Part shown: positions 17,838 through 27,068 of the stretch, one piece after another
Position numbering within the stretch: position 1 is the first letter of the stretch
How the letters are laid out: every line of letters starts with the position of its first letter
Assembly: GCA_031431875.1 (NCBI GenBank)
Contig: JANPEF010000002.1
Span: 1 to 40,124 of the forward strand
DNA from: Candidatus Eiseniibacteriota bacterium
GTDB lineage: Bacteria > Eisenbacteria > RBG-16-71-46 > DASYSL01
Length of the DNA stretch: 40,124 nucleotides
Reading direction: 5' to 3'
Position numbers and translations under genes: made by a program
Notes under the pieces: generated by a model
The model's input: only the letters and a program-made list of their open reading frames with translations
The model's database searches: none
What the model was told of the DNA's origin: nothing

Positions 17838-18181
17838 TTGCGGCGCAGGCTCGGCTTGCCATCCTTCTTCTCGAGGATCAGGTCGTACCGCGTCGCCTCC
17901 TTGTTCGAGAAGATGGCGAGTTCGACCGGCTGCTTCTCGTACACGAGGGTGAGCGTGCACTTGCCTTCGCCCTTCACCATCAGCTTGAACGAGCCGAACT
18001 TGTCGGTCGTCGTCGTGTCGGCGACGGTCGTGGCGCCGGGCAGCGAGACCTTGATCTTGACGCCCTCCGGCAGCGGCTTTCCGTCGAGTTTGATGTCGCC
18101 GAAGATGCGTCCCGCGGCGGCGGGCTGCGCGCCGAGAAGAACGAGGCCGACGGTGAAGGCGGCGAGAACGAATGAACGCAT
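17834..18181 (-). CDS. Small secreted beta-sandwich protein (carboxypeptidase-regulatory/transthyretin-like)
   Basis: AGGAG RBS and signal peptide ending AAA. GRIFGDI..DGKPL.GVKIKV and TTTDKFGSF patterns. Confidence 0.75.
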   Translation of the reverse strand: MRSFVLAAFTVGLVLLGAQPAAAGRIFGDIKLDGKPLPEGVKIKVSLPGATTVADTTTTDKFGSFKLMVKGEGKCTLTLVYEKQPVELAIFSNKEATRYDLILEKKDGKPSLRRK

Positions 18182-18312
18182 GGGACGCTCCTGGGGTCAG
18201 GCCTGGCGGGAGGCAAACGAGGCGTGGCAGCCGCCGCGACGGTGGCTGCGCACGCTCGAACGGATTCTAGGACGGTTTGCCGATCCCGGCCAGAGTCTTG
18301 CTCGCGGCCATA

Positions 18313-19245
18313 TCAGCGATAGGTGCTCTTGACCCGTCCCCACGACGACCCCGCGCTCGGGGTCGCGGCCTCGATGGCGAAGGGGTAGTCCTCGGTCTCG
18401 CCGTTTCGAATCTGGCCACCGGGCATTGCCGCCGTGCCGTTCCACGGGAAGTCGACGCCGACCGGTTCCTGCGAGATCGAGATCCGCGTCCACGCCGGGC
18501 CCACGTTCGGCCCGACGAGAAATGCCGGCGAGACCATCGAGTTGCAGCCGGGCAGGAGCGTGATCGGATGATTGCGCACCGCCCACTCCCATGCGCAGCC
18601 GCCGGTCGGCGGGGGGCAGGTGAAGTTGTCGTTCCAGTCCCCGTCGGTGTTGAAGTCGACCAGGATGTTGAGGAAGCCCTGCGCCACCGCATGACAGCTG
18701 TACGCCTCGTACGGGACCGTCGCGGGAGTGCAGGCCACGAACGTCGGTTGGGCCAGCAGCCCTGCATCGGAGCCGTCGGCGAGGCATTCGTCCTGCTCGA
18801 ACGACAGCGGCGGGAAGCCGGGAGTGAGGCAGTCGATCGGGATGGCCGGATTGCAGTACGAGGCGCCCCCGCCGAACGGGTTCGTCTTGCCGTCGGCATC
18901 GTCATCGATGCCCATCGGGCCGGTGTAGCAGCCCAGCCAGAAGCTCCCCGGAACGGCGAGGAAGTGCTTCACGTACCCGGTCGGCCCCGGCGGGGAACTG
19001 ACGGCCGGGCAGGTGATCGTCTGGGTCCCGACCCCGCCCGGCAGCGAGCAGGTCGGGAAGTTGCCGATCGCCCCCCCCGCCCAGGTGGGATAGGCGGAGA
19101 AGCTCTCGGGGGCGTCGCCCCAATCATCGAGAAAGCGGAGGCAGTCGTCCGGGCCGTCGACGTCGGTTGCAGCCGCCGGGACGGCCAGAAGGGTCGCCAG
19201 GGCGAGCCAGCTCGTTGCTGCGAAAATAAAGCGATGCAAGGACAT
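18313..19245 (-). CDS. Secreted Cys-rich GEVED-domain protein with C-terminal SWGRVKSTYR motif
   Basis: Signal peptide MSLHRFIFAATSWLALATLLAVPAAA. Motifs DWGDAP, LNILVDFNTDGDWND, WTRISIS and GETEDY. 12 Cys. Confidence 0.8.
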   Translation of the reverse strand: MSLHRFIFAATSWLALATLLAVPAAATDVDGPDDCLRFLDDWGDAPESFSAYPTWAGGAIGNFPTCSLPGGVGTQTITCPAVSSPPGPTGYVKHFLAVPGSFWLGCYTGPMGIDDDADGKTNPFGGGASYCNPAIPIDCLTPGFPPLSFEQDECLADGSDAGLLAQPTFVACTPATVPYEAYSCHAVAQGFLNILVDFNTDGDWNDNFTCPPPTGGCAWEWAVRNHPITLLPGCNSMVSPAFLVGPNVGPAWTRISISQEPVGVDFPWNGTAAMPGGQIRNGETEDYPFAIEAATPSAGSSWGRVKSTYR

Positions 19246-19477
19246 ACGGGGCCTCGAAGGGGGGAGGGAGGGAACCGGTGGCGAGTCCATTCGCGGGGAG
19301 GGCAGCGGCACCGACAGTAGTCCCGGGAGCCACGGGGGTCACGCGGATTCTGCGACCCGGGGAACGCGGCCCCCCCGGCCGGTGTATTCTCGAACAGAGC
19401 CCGCCATGGCTCGTTCGCGGCCGGTGACGGCCGTTCTTCCCTTACGAACGATGTCCGCATTCGCAGGAGATCCAGTC

Positions 19478-20335
19478 ATGAAGAAACCGCTCCAGATCAC
19501 TCTCATCGTTGCCGTCGTGGCCCTGGCGGGGGTCAGCGCCGTCCTGTTCTCCCAGAATCAACAGAATGCACGGAAGCTCGCGGCCACCGAGACGGCCGAG
19601 GGCGAGATCCGTGATCGCTACGGCGCGACGATCGAGGCGATCGCCGAGATCCAGGACAGCCTGAGCGCGCTCGCCCTGGAGGAGACCGGCGCCCGCCTCG
19701 CGCCCGGCGGTGAGCGCACCGCGGCGAATACCGAGGACGCGCTGGCGCGGATCGCGGCGCTGCGCTCGAGCATCGATGCGAGCAAGGCGCGGATCAACAA
19801 GCTCGAGTCCGACCTCCAGGCCAGCGGGGCCAAGTCGGCCGGACTGTCGAAGCTGATCGTCAACTTGAAGAAGTCGGTCGCCGAGAAGGAGGAGCAGGTT
19901 GCCGTGCTCTCGTCGCGCGTCGACTCCCTCAACACCGAGGTGTCCGGGCTGACCGTCGCCGTCGCGCAGAAGGACGACACGCTGAAGACGCGCACGACGC
20001 AGCTCGAGCAGAAACGCCGCGACATCGCGACGATCTGGTACGTGATCGGCTCCAAGGAGGAACTCGAGGAGGCGGGCGTCATCGAGACCAAGGGCGGCAT
20101 CCTCGGCCTCGGCAAGACGATCGTGCCCAGCCCCAACCCCACCGCGGGCGTCTTCATGGGCCTCGACACCGATCGGCTCGACGTGATCCACATCCCGTAT
20201 GCCAAGGCCAAGGTGGTCAGCGCGCAGCCGGTGACCAGCTACGAGTTGCGGCCGTTGGACGGCGCGATGGAACTCAGGATCCTCGATCCCGTCGAATTCC
20301 GGCGCATCCGCCAGGTGGTGATTCTCAAGGGGTAG
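19478..20335 (+). CDS. Membrane-anchored coiled-coil protein with conserved C-terminal domain (resembles Bacteroidota Cbp1-like proteins)
   Basis: AGGAGA RBS, N-terminal hydrophobic helix, long coiled coil, then WYVIGSKEEL..AGVI...GGILGLGK and LRILDP.EF. Confidence 0.75.
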   Translation: MKKPLQITLIVAVVALAGVSAVLFSQNQQNARKLAATETAEGEIRDRYGATIEAIAEIQDSLSALALEETGARLAPGGERTAANTEDALARIAALRSSIDASKARINKLESDLQASGAKSAGLSKLIVNLKKSVAEKEEQVAVLSSRVDSLNTEVSGLTVAVAQKDDTLKTRTTQLEQKRRDIATIWYVIGSKEELEEAGVIETKGGILGLGKTIVPSPNPTAGVFMGLDTDRLDVIHIPYAKAKVVSAQPVTSYELRPLDGAMELRILDPVEFRRIRQVVILKG

Positions 20336-20446
20336 GCAGCCCGGTTGCTGCATTTCGCACGCTTCCGCGTGGCGGCGGCCCTTCGGGGTGCGCCGCCCCG
20401 CGCGTTTCCGGAAGAGTCGCCGTTTCGGCTGGCCGATCACGGAGGC

Positions 20447-21786
20447 ATGAGAGCGCACATCGTCCCGGCCGCGCTGGGCGCGGTCCTCCTCCTGACCCTT
20501 GCACCCTCGCTCGCCCACGGCGCGATCGCCGTCTCCGTCGACCCCGCGCTCGATCGCCGCACGGTGAACCCACGCATCTACGGCATCAACTACGGCGCGG
20601 GCGCCGAGTTCACCGACCTGCCGTATCCGTTGCGCCGCTGGGGCGGCAACTCGACGTCGCGCTACTCGTGGATGCTGGACACGCACAACTCGGGTGCCGA
20701 CTGGTATTTCATCTCGACGCCCGGCGACTCCGATCCGCTCGACACGTCGGTCGCCGACGGCTGCACCGCGGGCCCCGACCAGGCGGCGCACGGCGGCGTG
20801 CCGCTGCTCGAATGGTGGCTCGCGCAGGGGCACGCGCACGAGGTGACCAACGGCATGCGCCTGGCCGACGTGCTCGACGTGCACTACTCCCCGCAGAGCG
20901 GCGGCGCGCTCAACGACGACGAATCGGCCGCCGCCGCGGCGAATCGCCTGCGCAGCGTGAAGAGCCTGTACGACCTCGCCTACGTCGACGAATCGTGGAT
21001 CGGCCAGCCGGTGCGGCTCATTCCGCGTTTGCGCGACATGATCGCCACGCGTGCCCCCGGCCTGGGGATCGCGATCACCGAGTACAACTTCGGCGGCGAC
21101 ACCGGCATCTCGAGCGCGCTGGCCCAGGCCGAGGCGCTCGCCGTGTTCGGGCGCGAGGGGGTGGAGCTGGCGACGCGCTGGGTCGCCCCGGCGAGCGGCA
21201 GCAAGGTGCAGGAGGCGTTCCGCCTGTATCTCGGCTACGACGGCGCCGGCGCGCGCGTCGACGGCACGAGCGTGCGGGCCACGACGGCGAAGGTCGACTC
21301 GGTCGGGGCCTATGCACTCGAGGGCGCGGACGGTCGCGTGTTCGTGCTGTTGTTCAACAAGCACACGGCGGGGGAGACGGTCGCGCTCACGGTCGCTGGC
21401 GGCGGCGATCGCGCCGTGTCGCTGCATCGATTCACCGCCGCCATCGCACTCGCGGCGGCCGGCACGACCGCACTGAGCGGGGGGGCGCTCTCGCTCGCAC
21501 TGCCGGCGCGCTCGCATTCGGCCTGCGCGGCACGCCCAATCCCGCGCGCGGCGAGATGTCGGTCGCGTTCACGCTGCCGCGCGACGGCGACGTGGAGCTG
21601 GCGATCTTCGACCTGGCCGGCCGGCGCGTGCGCGACGTGGCGTATGGCCCGCTTCCGGCGGGGGCGCATCGCCGGCGCTGGGACGGGCTCGATGCGCGCG
21701 GGCGCACGCTGCCCGGCGGCGTCTACCTGTGCCGGCTTCGCGCGCTCGGCGCCAGCGAGGGTGTGCGGCTCATCCGCGTCCGGTAG
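20447..21786 (+). pseudogene. Glycoside hydrolase family 44 with C-terminal FlgD-Ig/T9SS-like domain; internally deleted and frameshifted
   Basis: GGAGG RBS and signal peptide. GH44 motifs IYGIN, RRWGGNSTSRYSW, DVLDVHYSPQ, ITEYNFG and LAVFGREG are present, but no NEP acid/base motif. The C-terminal domain (PNP...IFDLAGRRVR...WDG.D..G...GVY) is in another frame after about 21510. Confidence 0.8.
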
Positions 21787-21819
21787 CATCCCCGGCCCGG
21801 CGGGGGTACAGTGCCCGCC

Positions 21820-22401
21820 ATGAACGCCCGATCGCATGCCGTGCGTGTGAGCGCGATCTCCGCGCTCGCGTTCGTGCTCGCCCTGGCGCTCGGGGCCTGC
21901 AGCCACGCGCCCGAGCCGACGGCCGCGCCGCCTGCGTCGCCACCGCGGGAGTCCGGCAAGGCGGCGAAGCCCGACGCGCGCGAGCCCTCCCGCGCCGACA
22001 CGGACGCGACGCGAGACCCTGCCGATCGCGACGAGCCCGGCGGGGCTTCCGACGACGAAGACGATGATGAAGATGATGACGATCAGGACGACGCAGACGA
22101 TGCCCAGACCGGGCTCGCCTCGTATTACGCGACGAAGTTCGAGGGCAGGCGCACGGCGAGCGGGGCGGTGTATCGTCGGGACGCGATGACCGCGGCCCAT
22201 CGCTCGCTGCCGTTCGGCACGCGCGTCCGCGTGACACGCCTGGCGACGGGCAAGTCGGTCGTTCTCGTGGTCAATGATCGAGGCCCGTTCCGCAAGGGAC
22301 GGATCGTCGATGTCTCGCGCTGCGCCGCCGAGCAGCTCGATCTCGTCCGCGCGGGCGTGGCGCGCGTGCGGCTCGACGTGCTCGAGCGCCCATCCGACTG
22401 A
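21820..22401 (+). CDS. rlpA: Septal ring lytic transglycosylase RlpA family lipoprotein
   Basis: Lipobox LGAC, acidic linker, and GLASYY, GRRTASG, TAAHRSLPFGT, VNDRGPF and RIVDVS motifs. Confidence 0.9.
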   Translation: MNARSHAVRVSAISALAFVLALALGACSHAPEPTAAPPASPPRESGKAAKPDAREPSRADTDATRDPADRDEPGGASDDEDDDEDDDDQDDADDAQTGLASYYATKFEGRRTASGAVYRRDAMTAAHRSLPFGTRVRVTRLATGKSVVLVVNDRGPFRKGRIVDVSRCAAEQLDLVRAGVARVRLDVLERPSD

Positions 22402-22536
22402 CTCACCCCACGGAATCCCGGTCCATGCCCACTCCCGAAGTGTGAGAGTCCGGATCCTCACCCTGCAACTCTGGAGCGCTTCGCCGCGTAGGAACCCCGT
22501 TCGTCCCACCTGCAGCTCCCGTCCCGGAGGTTCTCC

Positions 22537-23427
22537 GTGCTTCGCATTCAGGGTCTGGTCAAGGTCTATCCCGGTCCGGTCACCGCGCTCGCGGGGCTTG
22601 AACTCGATGTCCCCGCGGGCATGTTCGGCCTCCTCGGTCCCAATGGCGCGGGCAAGTCCACGCTGATGAAGATCCTCGCCGGCCTGCTCGAGCCCACCTC
22701 CGGCTCGATCACGCTGGACGGGGAGGACGTGGTGGCCCACCCCGAGCGCGTGCGCGCCCGCCTCGGCTATCTGCCTCAGGAGTTCGGCTTCTATCCGCAC
22801 CTGAGCGGCGAGCAGATGCTCATCCACCTGCTGCGGCTCAAGGGCGTCGATGCGCCCGGCGGGATCAAGGCACTGGCGCGCGAACTGCTCGAACGCGTCA
22901 ACCTGGGATTCGCCGCGCGCCGCGCGGTCAAGTCGTACTCCGGTGGCATGCGCCAGCGTCTCGGCGTGGCGCAGGCGATCGCCGGCAATCCGCGCCTCGT
23001 CATCGTCGACGAGCCGACGGCCGGGCTCGATCCCGAGGAGCGCCTGCGGTTCTACCACCTGCTCACGGAACTGGCGCAGGACCGGATCGTGCTCCTGTCG
23101 ACGCACATCGTCGAGGATGTCGCCGTCCTGTGCCCGCGCTTCGCCGTCATCCGCGGCGGGCGTCTCCTGGTGACCACGACGCCGCAGGCGGCGCGCCAGG
23201 AGCTGACGGGCGCCATGTTCGAGGGCACTGCCGACGGCACGGCACTCGCCACGCTGCGCGCGCAGGGCCGTGTCACGCAGTCCGTGCTGGTCGAGGGCGT
23301 CAACCGCGTGCGCGTGCACCAGCCCGAAGGCGCGCCGCCGGCGGGCTTCGAACCCGTTGCGCCGACGCTCGAGGATGCCTACCTCGTGCTCATGAACGAG
23401 AGCGCGCTCATGGCGGCCCGGGCATGA
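22537..23427 (+). CDS. ABC transporter ATP-binding protein (ABC-2 type)
   Basis: Walker A GPNGAGKST, signature YSGGM, Walker B IVDEPT and H-loop STH. GGAGG RBS. Confidence 0.95.
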   Translation: MLRIQGLVKVYPGPVTALAGLELDVPAGMFGLLGPNGAGKSTLMKILAGLLEPTSGSITLDGEDVVAHPERVRARLGYLPQEFGFYPHLSGEQMLIHLLRLKGVDAPGGIKALARELLERVNLGFAARRAVKSYSGGMRQRLGVAQAIAGNPRLVIVDEPTAGLDPEERLRFYHLLTELAQDRIVLLSTHIVEDVAVLCPRFAVIRGGRLLVTTTPQAARQELTGAMFEGTADGTALATLRAQGRVTQSVLVEGVNRVRVHQPEGAPPAGFEPVAPTLEDAYLVLMNESALMAARA

Positions 23428-26400
23428 AGCGGTTCCTCGAAGTTCTCTGGCTCGACCTGCGGGAGATTCCGCGGCGGCCGTTGTTCTGGGTGCTGGTGCT
23501 GATCCTCGGCTTCATGGCGTTCGCGCTATCCAACGGCAACGCGCGCATCGCCTCGGGCGACATGCGCGTGGGCGGCGATCGCGCGTGGCTCACGAGCGAG
23601 TTCGCGCAGACGCAGCTCCTCATGGTGCTCGTCGCCATCCTCTACTCGTTCTTCGTCGCGATTGCCGCGGGCATGATCTTCATCCGCGACGAGGAGCAGA
23701 AGGTGGGGCCGTTGTTGCACGCGACTCCGCTCACGCCCGGCCAGTACGTGTGGGGCAAGTACTGCGCGGTGCTGCTGGGCTTCTTCGGCGTGCTCGGCGT
23801 CCACCTGGTGATCACGATCCTGTTCAACCACGCGATGCCCCACGCCGCGAACCAGGAGGCGATCGGGCCGTTCGTCCTGTGGAATTACCTGAAGCCGGCG
23901 ATCATCTTCGCCGTGCCGATGCTGGTGTTCATCTCGGGAACCGCATACGCGCTGGGGGCCTTCACGCGGAAGGCCGCACTCGTGTTCGTCGTGCCGATCG
24001 CGCTGGTGATCCTGGGCACGTTCTTTCTCTGGGACTGGTCGCCGGTGTGGCTGTCGCCGTTGGCCGAGCGTGTCCTGCAGTTCATCGACCTGAGCGGCGT
24101 GCGCTGGATCAACGAGAACTGGCTCGTGGTCGATCGCGGCGTGGCGTTCTACAACCGCGCGCCGGTCGGCCTCGATGCGCTGGCGATCGTGCAGCGCTTC
24201 GTCTGCCTCGCCATCGGCCTGGGCGCGGTCGGCCTGGTGCACCTGCGCTTCCCGGCGCTGTTGCGCGGCCCGCGCACGGTCAAGGTGAGGCGCGGCGCCC
24301 GCGTCGGGGCGACTGCCGAAGCGACGGCGAGCCCGGGCCTCGAGCGCATGTCCGCCGGCCTGGCGATGCTGAACATGACCGCAAAGGCGCCGGGCTTCCT
24401 GCGCGCGGCGTGGAATGTGGCGCGCGTCGAGTTGATGGAACTCAAGAGCCACCCCGGGCTTTACCTGTTCGTGCCGCTCATCCTGGTCCAGACGCTGGGC
24501 GAGGTCGTCTCGACCGGCGCGTTCGACACGCCGCTGCTGATGACGCCCGGCAGCCTCGCCGTGCGGCAGATGGGCGCCTTGACGCTGCTCCTGTGCATGC
24601 TGATCCTGTTCTACACCACCGAATCGCTGCAGCGCGAGAAGTCATCCGGGTTTGCGCCCCTGTTCCTCTCGGCGCCCATCCCGACGGCCGCCATGCTCCT
24701 GGGCAAGTCGGTGGCAAACGTGGTCGTCGGCGTGATCATCATGCTGGCGGCGTTCGCGGGATCGATGATCCTGCTGCTCGTGCAGGGAACAGTGCCGATC
24801 CGCATCGAGCCGTTCCTCCTGTTGTGGGGCGTGCTGCTCATCCCCACGTTCCTGCTGTGGACCGCGTTCGTGTGCGCGACGTTCACCGTCACGTCGAGTC
24901 GCTATGCAACGTACGCGATCGGACTCGCTGCAATGTCGCTGACCGGTTGGTTCCAGATGCGCGGCAAGATGAGCTGGGTGACCAACTGGGACCTGTGGGC
25001 CTCGACGGTGTGGAGCGACATCAGCGTGCTCGAACTGGACCGCCAGGCACTCGTCCTCAATCGCTTGCTGGCGCTGGCGCTGGCGGCACTGTTCTTCGCC
25101 ATCGCCGTGCGCTTCTTCCCGCGCAGCGAGCGCGACGCCGCGCGGATCGTCCACGCGCTGAGCCCGCAGCGCCTCGCCGGCCACGCCCTGCGCCTGGCGC
25201 CGCTGGTGATCGCGCCCCTGGTCCTCGCGATCGTCCTCGGGTTCGCGGTGCACGGCGGCCGGGGTGGCGCGGTCGCGCAGAAGAAGGAGCGCGACTACTG
25301 GAAGAAGAACGTCGCCACCTGGCGCGACGCGAAGCTGCCGACACTGACCGCGGTCGACATCGACCTCGCGGTCGAACCCGCCAGAAGCGCGCTCACGTCG
25401 CGCGGGACGTATGCGCTGATCAATCGCACGGCCGACACGCTGTCGGCGATCCCGCTCACCGGTGGACTGCACTGGAAGGACGTGCACTGGACCGTCGACG
25501 GCGAGAGCGCGAAGGTCGAGGACCGGGCCGGGCTGTGGGTCGTGCACCCCAAGCGGCCGCTCGCGCCGGGCGATTCGGTCCGCGTCGGGTTCGCGTTCCA
25601 CGGGCACTTCCCCGACGGTGTGAGCAGGAACGGGGGGACGCTGATGGAGTACGTGCTGCCTTCGGGCGTGGTGCTGACCGGTTTTGCCAGCACCGGGATG
25701 GCGCCGTTGCTTGGTTACCAGCCCGAGGTGGGCGTCGAGGAGGATCGCAACAAGCCCGATCCGCGCGAGTACCCGGTGAATTGGTGGAGGCGGACGCTGC
25801 CGGCGGGCTCGCCGATGTTCGACGGCTGGATCACGACTCGCCTGCGCGTGACCGGACCGGCCGACATGCAGCACAATGCCACGGGATTCTGCGAGTCCGA
25901 CGTGGTGAAGGACGGCCGGCGCACGACACTCTGGCGGAGCGATGCTCCCGTGCGCGTCTTCAACGTCGTCATGGGCCGCTGGCAGGTGAAGAAGCAGGAC
26001 GGCGCAGCGGTCTACTACGATGCGCGTCACCCGTACAACGCCCAGGAGATGCTCGACGCCCTGGTCGCCGCCCGCCGTTGGTACGGCGAGTGGTTCGCAC
26101 CCTACCCGTATCGCGAGCTGCGCCTCTCCGAGTTCCCGGGGCTCGCCAACTACGCGCAGGGTCCGCCGACCAATATCACGTTCTCGGAGAACATCGGCTT
26201 CCTCACCAAGAGCGAGCCGAAGGCGAACCTGGCGTTCTGGGTCGCCGCCCACGAGGCTGCACACCAGTGGTGGCCGTTGATCGTGATGTCCGCCGATGGC
26301 CCGGGTGGCGAGGTCCTGTCCGAGGGGATGGCGCACTTCTCGACCATCCTGCTGGTCGAGCAGGCACGCGGACTCGAGCAGCGCCTGGCGTTCTGCCGGC

Positions 26401-27062
26401 AGATCGAGGATCGCTACGGCAACCTCAGGCGCAAGGACGGCGAGCGCCCGCTCGTGCGCATGGATGGCCAGCTTCGCGAAGAGGGCCAGATGATCTACGA
26501 CCGGGGCGGGTTCGTGCTGTGGATGATGTTCCGGCTGATGGGAGACGAGGCGGGGCGCGCCGGCCTGCGCGACTACATCGCGACCTACCGCGACTCCGAG
26601 GACAAGCCGCTGCTCGAGGACCTGCTCCACGTGATGCGTCGACATGCGCCCGATCCCGCGGCGTTCGACGCCTTCACGGCCCAGTGGTTCTTCGACACGG
26701 TCGTGCCGGAGTTCCTGGTCGACAAGCCGACGCTCACGCACACGGGCGGCACGTGGACCACGGTGGCGAAGGTGCGCAACGTCGGCAGCGGGCACCTGAA
26801 GGTGGTCATTGCGGCCACGCGCGGCGAGCGCTTCCCCGACCCGAAGAAGCCCGCAAAGGGGGAACCCTACGCTGATGCGCGCACCGTGCTCGAGCTCGGG
26901 CCGGGCGAGGAAAAGCCGGTGACGATCGAGAGCGGCTTCGCGCCCGCGAAGATCGTCGTCGACCCCGACGTCGAGGTGCTCATGCTGCGGCGGGCGAAGG
27001 CGCAGGTGCCGATCGAGAACAAGCCCGCCCCGGGGGCAGCGCTTGCCGGGAGCGGTCGGTAG
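23424..27062 (+). CDS. ABC-2 permease (two membrane modules) fused to an M1-family aminopeptidase domain
   Basis: ATG 23424 overlaps the ATPase stop (ATGA). Many TM helices in two blocks, then a soluble domain with AHEAAHQWW...LSEGMAHF (HExxH-x18-E) and IYDRG. Confidence 0.9.
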   Translation: MKRFLEVLWLDLREIPRRPLFWVLVLILGFMAFALSNGNARIASGDMRVGGDRAWLTSEFAQTQLLMVLVAILYSFFVAIAAGMIFIRDEEQKVGPLLHATPLTPGQYVWGKYCAVLLGFFGVLGVHLVITILFNHAMPHAANQEAIGPFVLWNYLKPAIIFAVPMLVFISGTAYALGAFTRKAALVFVVPIALVILGTFFLWDWSPVWLSPLAERVLQFIDLSGVRWINENWLVVDRGVAFYNRAPVGLDALAIVQRFVCLAIGLGAVGLVHLRFPALLRGPRTVKVRRGARVGATAEATASPGLERMSAGLAMLNMTAKAPGFLRAAWNVARVELMELKSHPGLYLFVPLILVQTLGEVVSTGAFDTPLLMTPGSLAVRQMGALTLLLCMLILFYTTESLQREKSSGFAPLFLSAPIPTAAMLLGKSVANVVVGVIIMLAAFAGSMILLLVQGTVPIRIEPFLLLWGVLLIPTFLLWTAFVCATFTVTSSRYATYAIGLAAMSLTGWFQMRGKMSWVTNWDLWASTVWSDISVLELDRQALVLNRLLALALAALFFAIAVRFFPRSERDAARIVHALSPQRLAGHALRLAPLVIAPLVLAIVLGFAVHGGRGGAVAQKKERDYWKKNVATWRDAKLPTLTAVDIDLAVEPARSALTSRGTYALINRTADTLSAIPLTGGLHWKDVHWTVDGESAKVEDRAGLWVVHPKRPLAPGDSVRVGFAFHGHFPDGVSRNGGTLMEYVLPSGVVLTGFASTGMAPLLGYQPEVGVEEDRNKPDPREYPVNWWRRTLPAGSPMFDGWITTRLRVTGPADMQHNATGFCESDVVKDGRRTTLWRSDAPVRVFNVVMGRWQVKKQDGAAVYYDARHPYNAQEMLDALVAARRWYGEWFAPYPYRELRLSEFPGLANYAQGPPTNITFSENIGFLTKSEPKANLAFWVAAHEAAHQWWPLIVMSADGPGGEVLSEGMAHFSTILLVEQARGLEQRLAFCRQIEDRYGNLRRKDGERPLVRMDGQLREEGQMIYDRGGFVLWMMFRLMGDEAGRAGLRDYIATYRDSEDKPLLEDLLHVMRRHAPDPAAFDAFTAQWFFDTVVPEFLVDKPTLTHTGGTWTTVAKVRNVGSGHLKVVIAATRGERFPDPKKPAKGEPYADARTVLELGPGEEKPVTIESGFAPAKIVVDPDVEVLMLRRAKAQVPIENKPAPGAALAGSGR

Positions 27063-27068
27063 GCGTGG

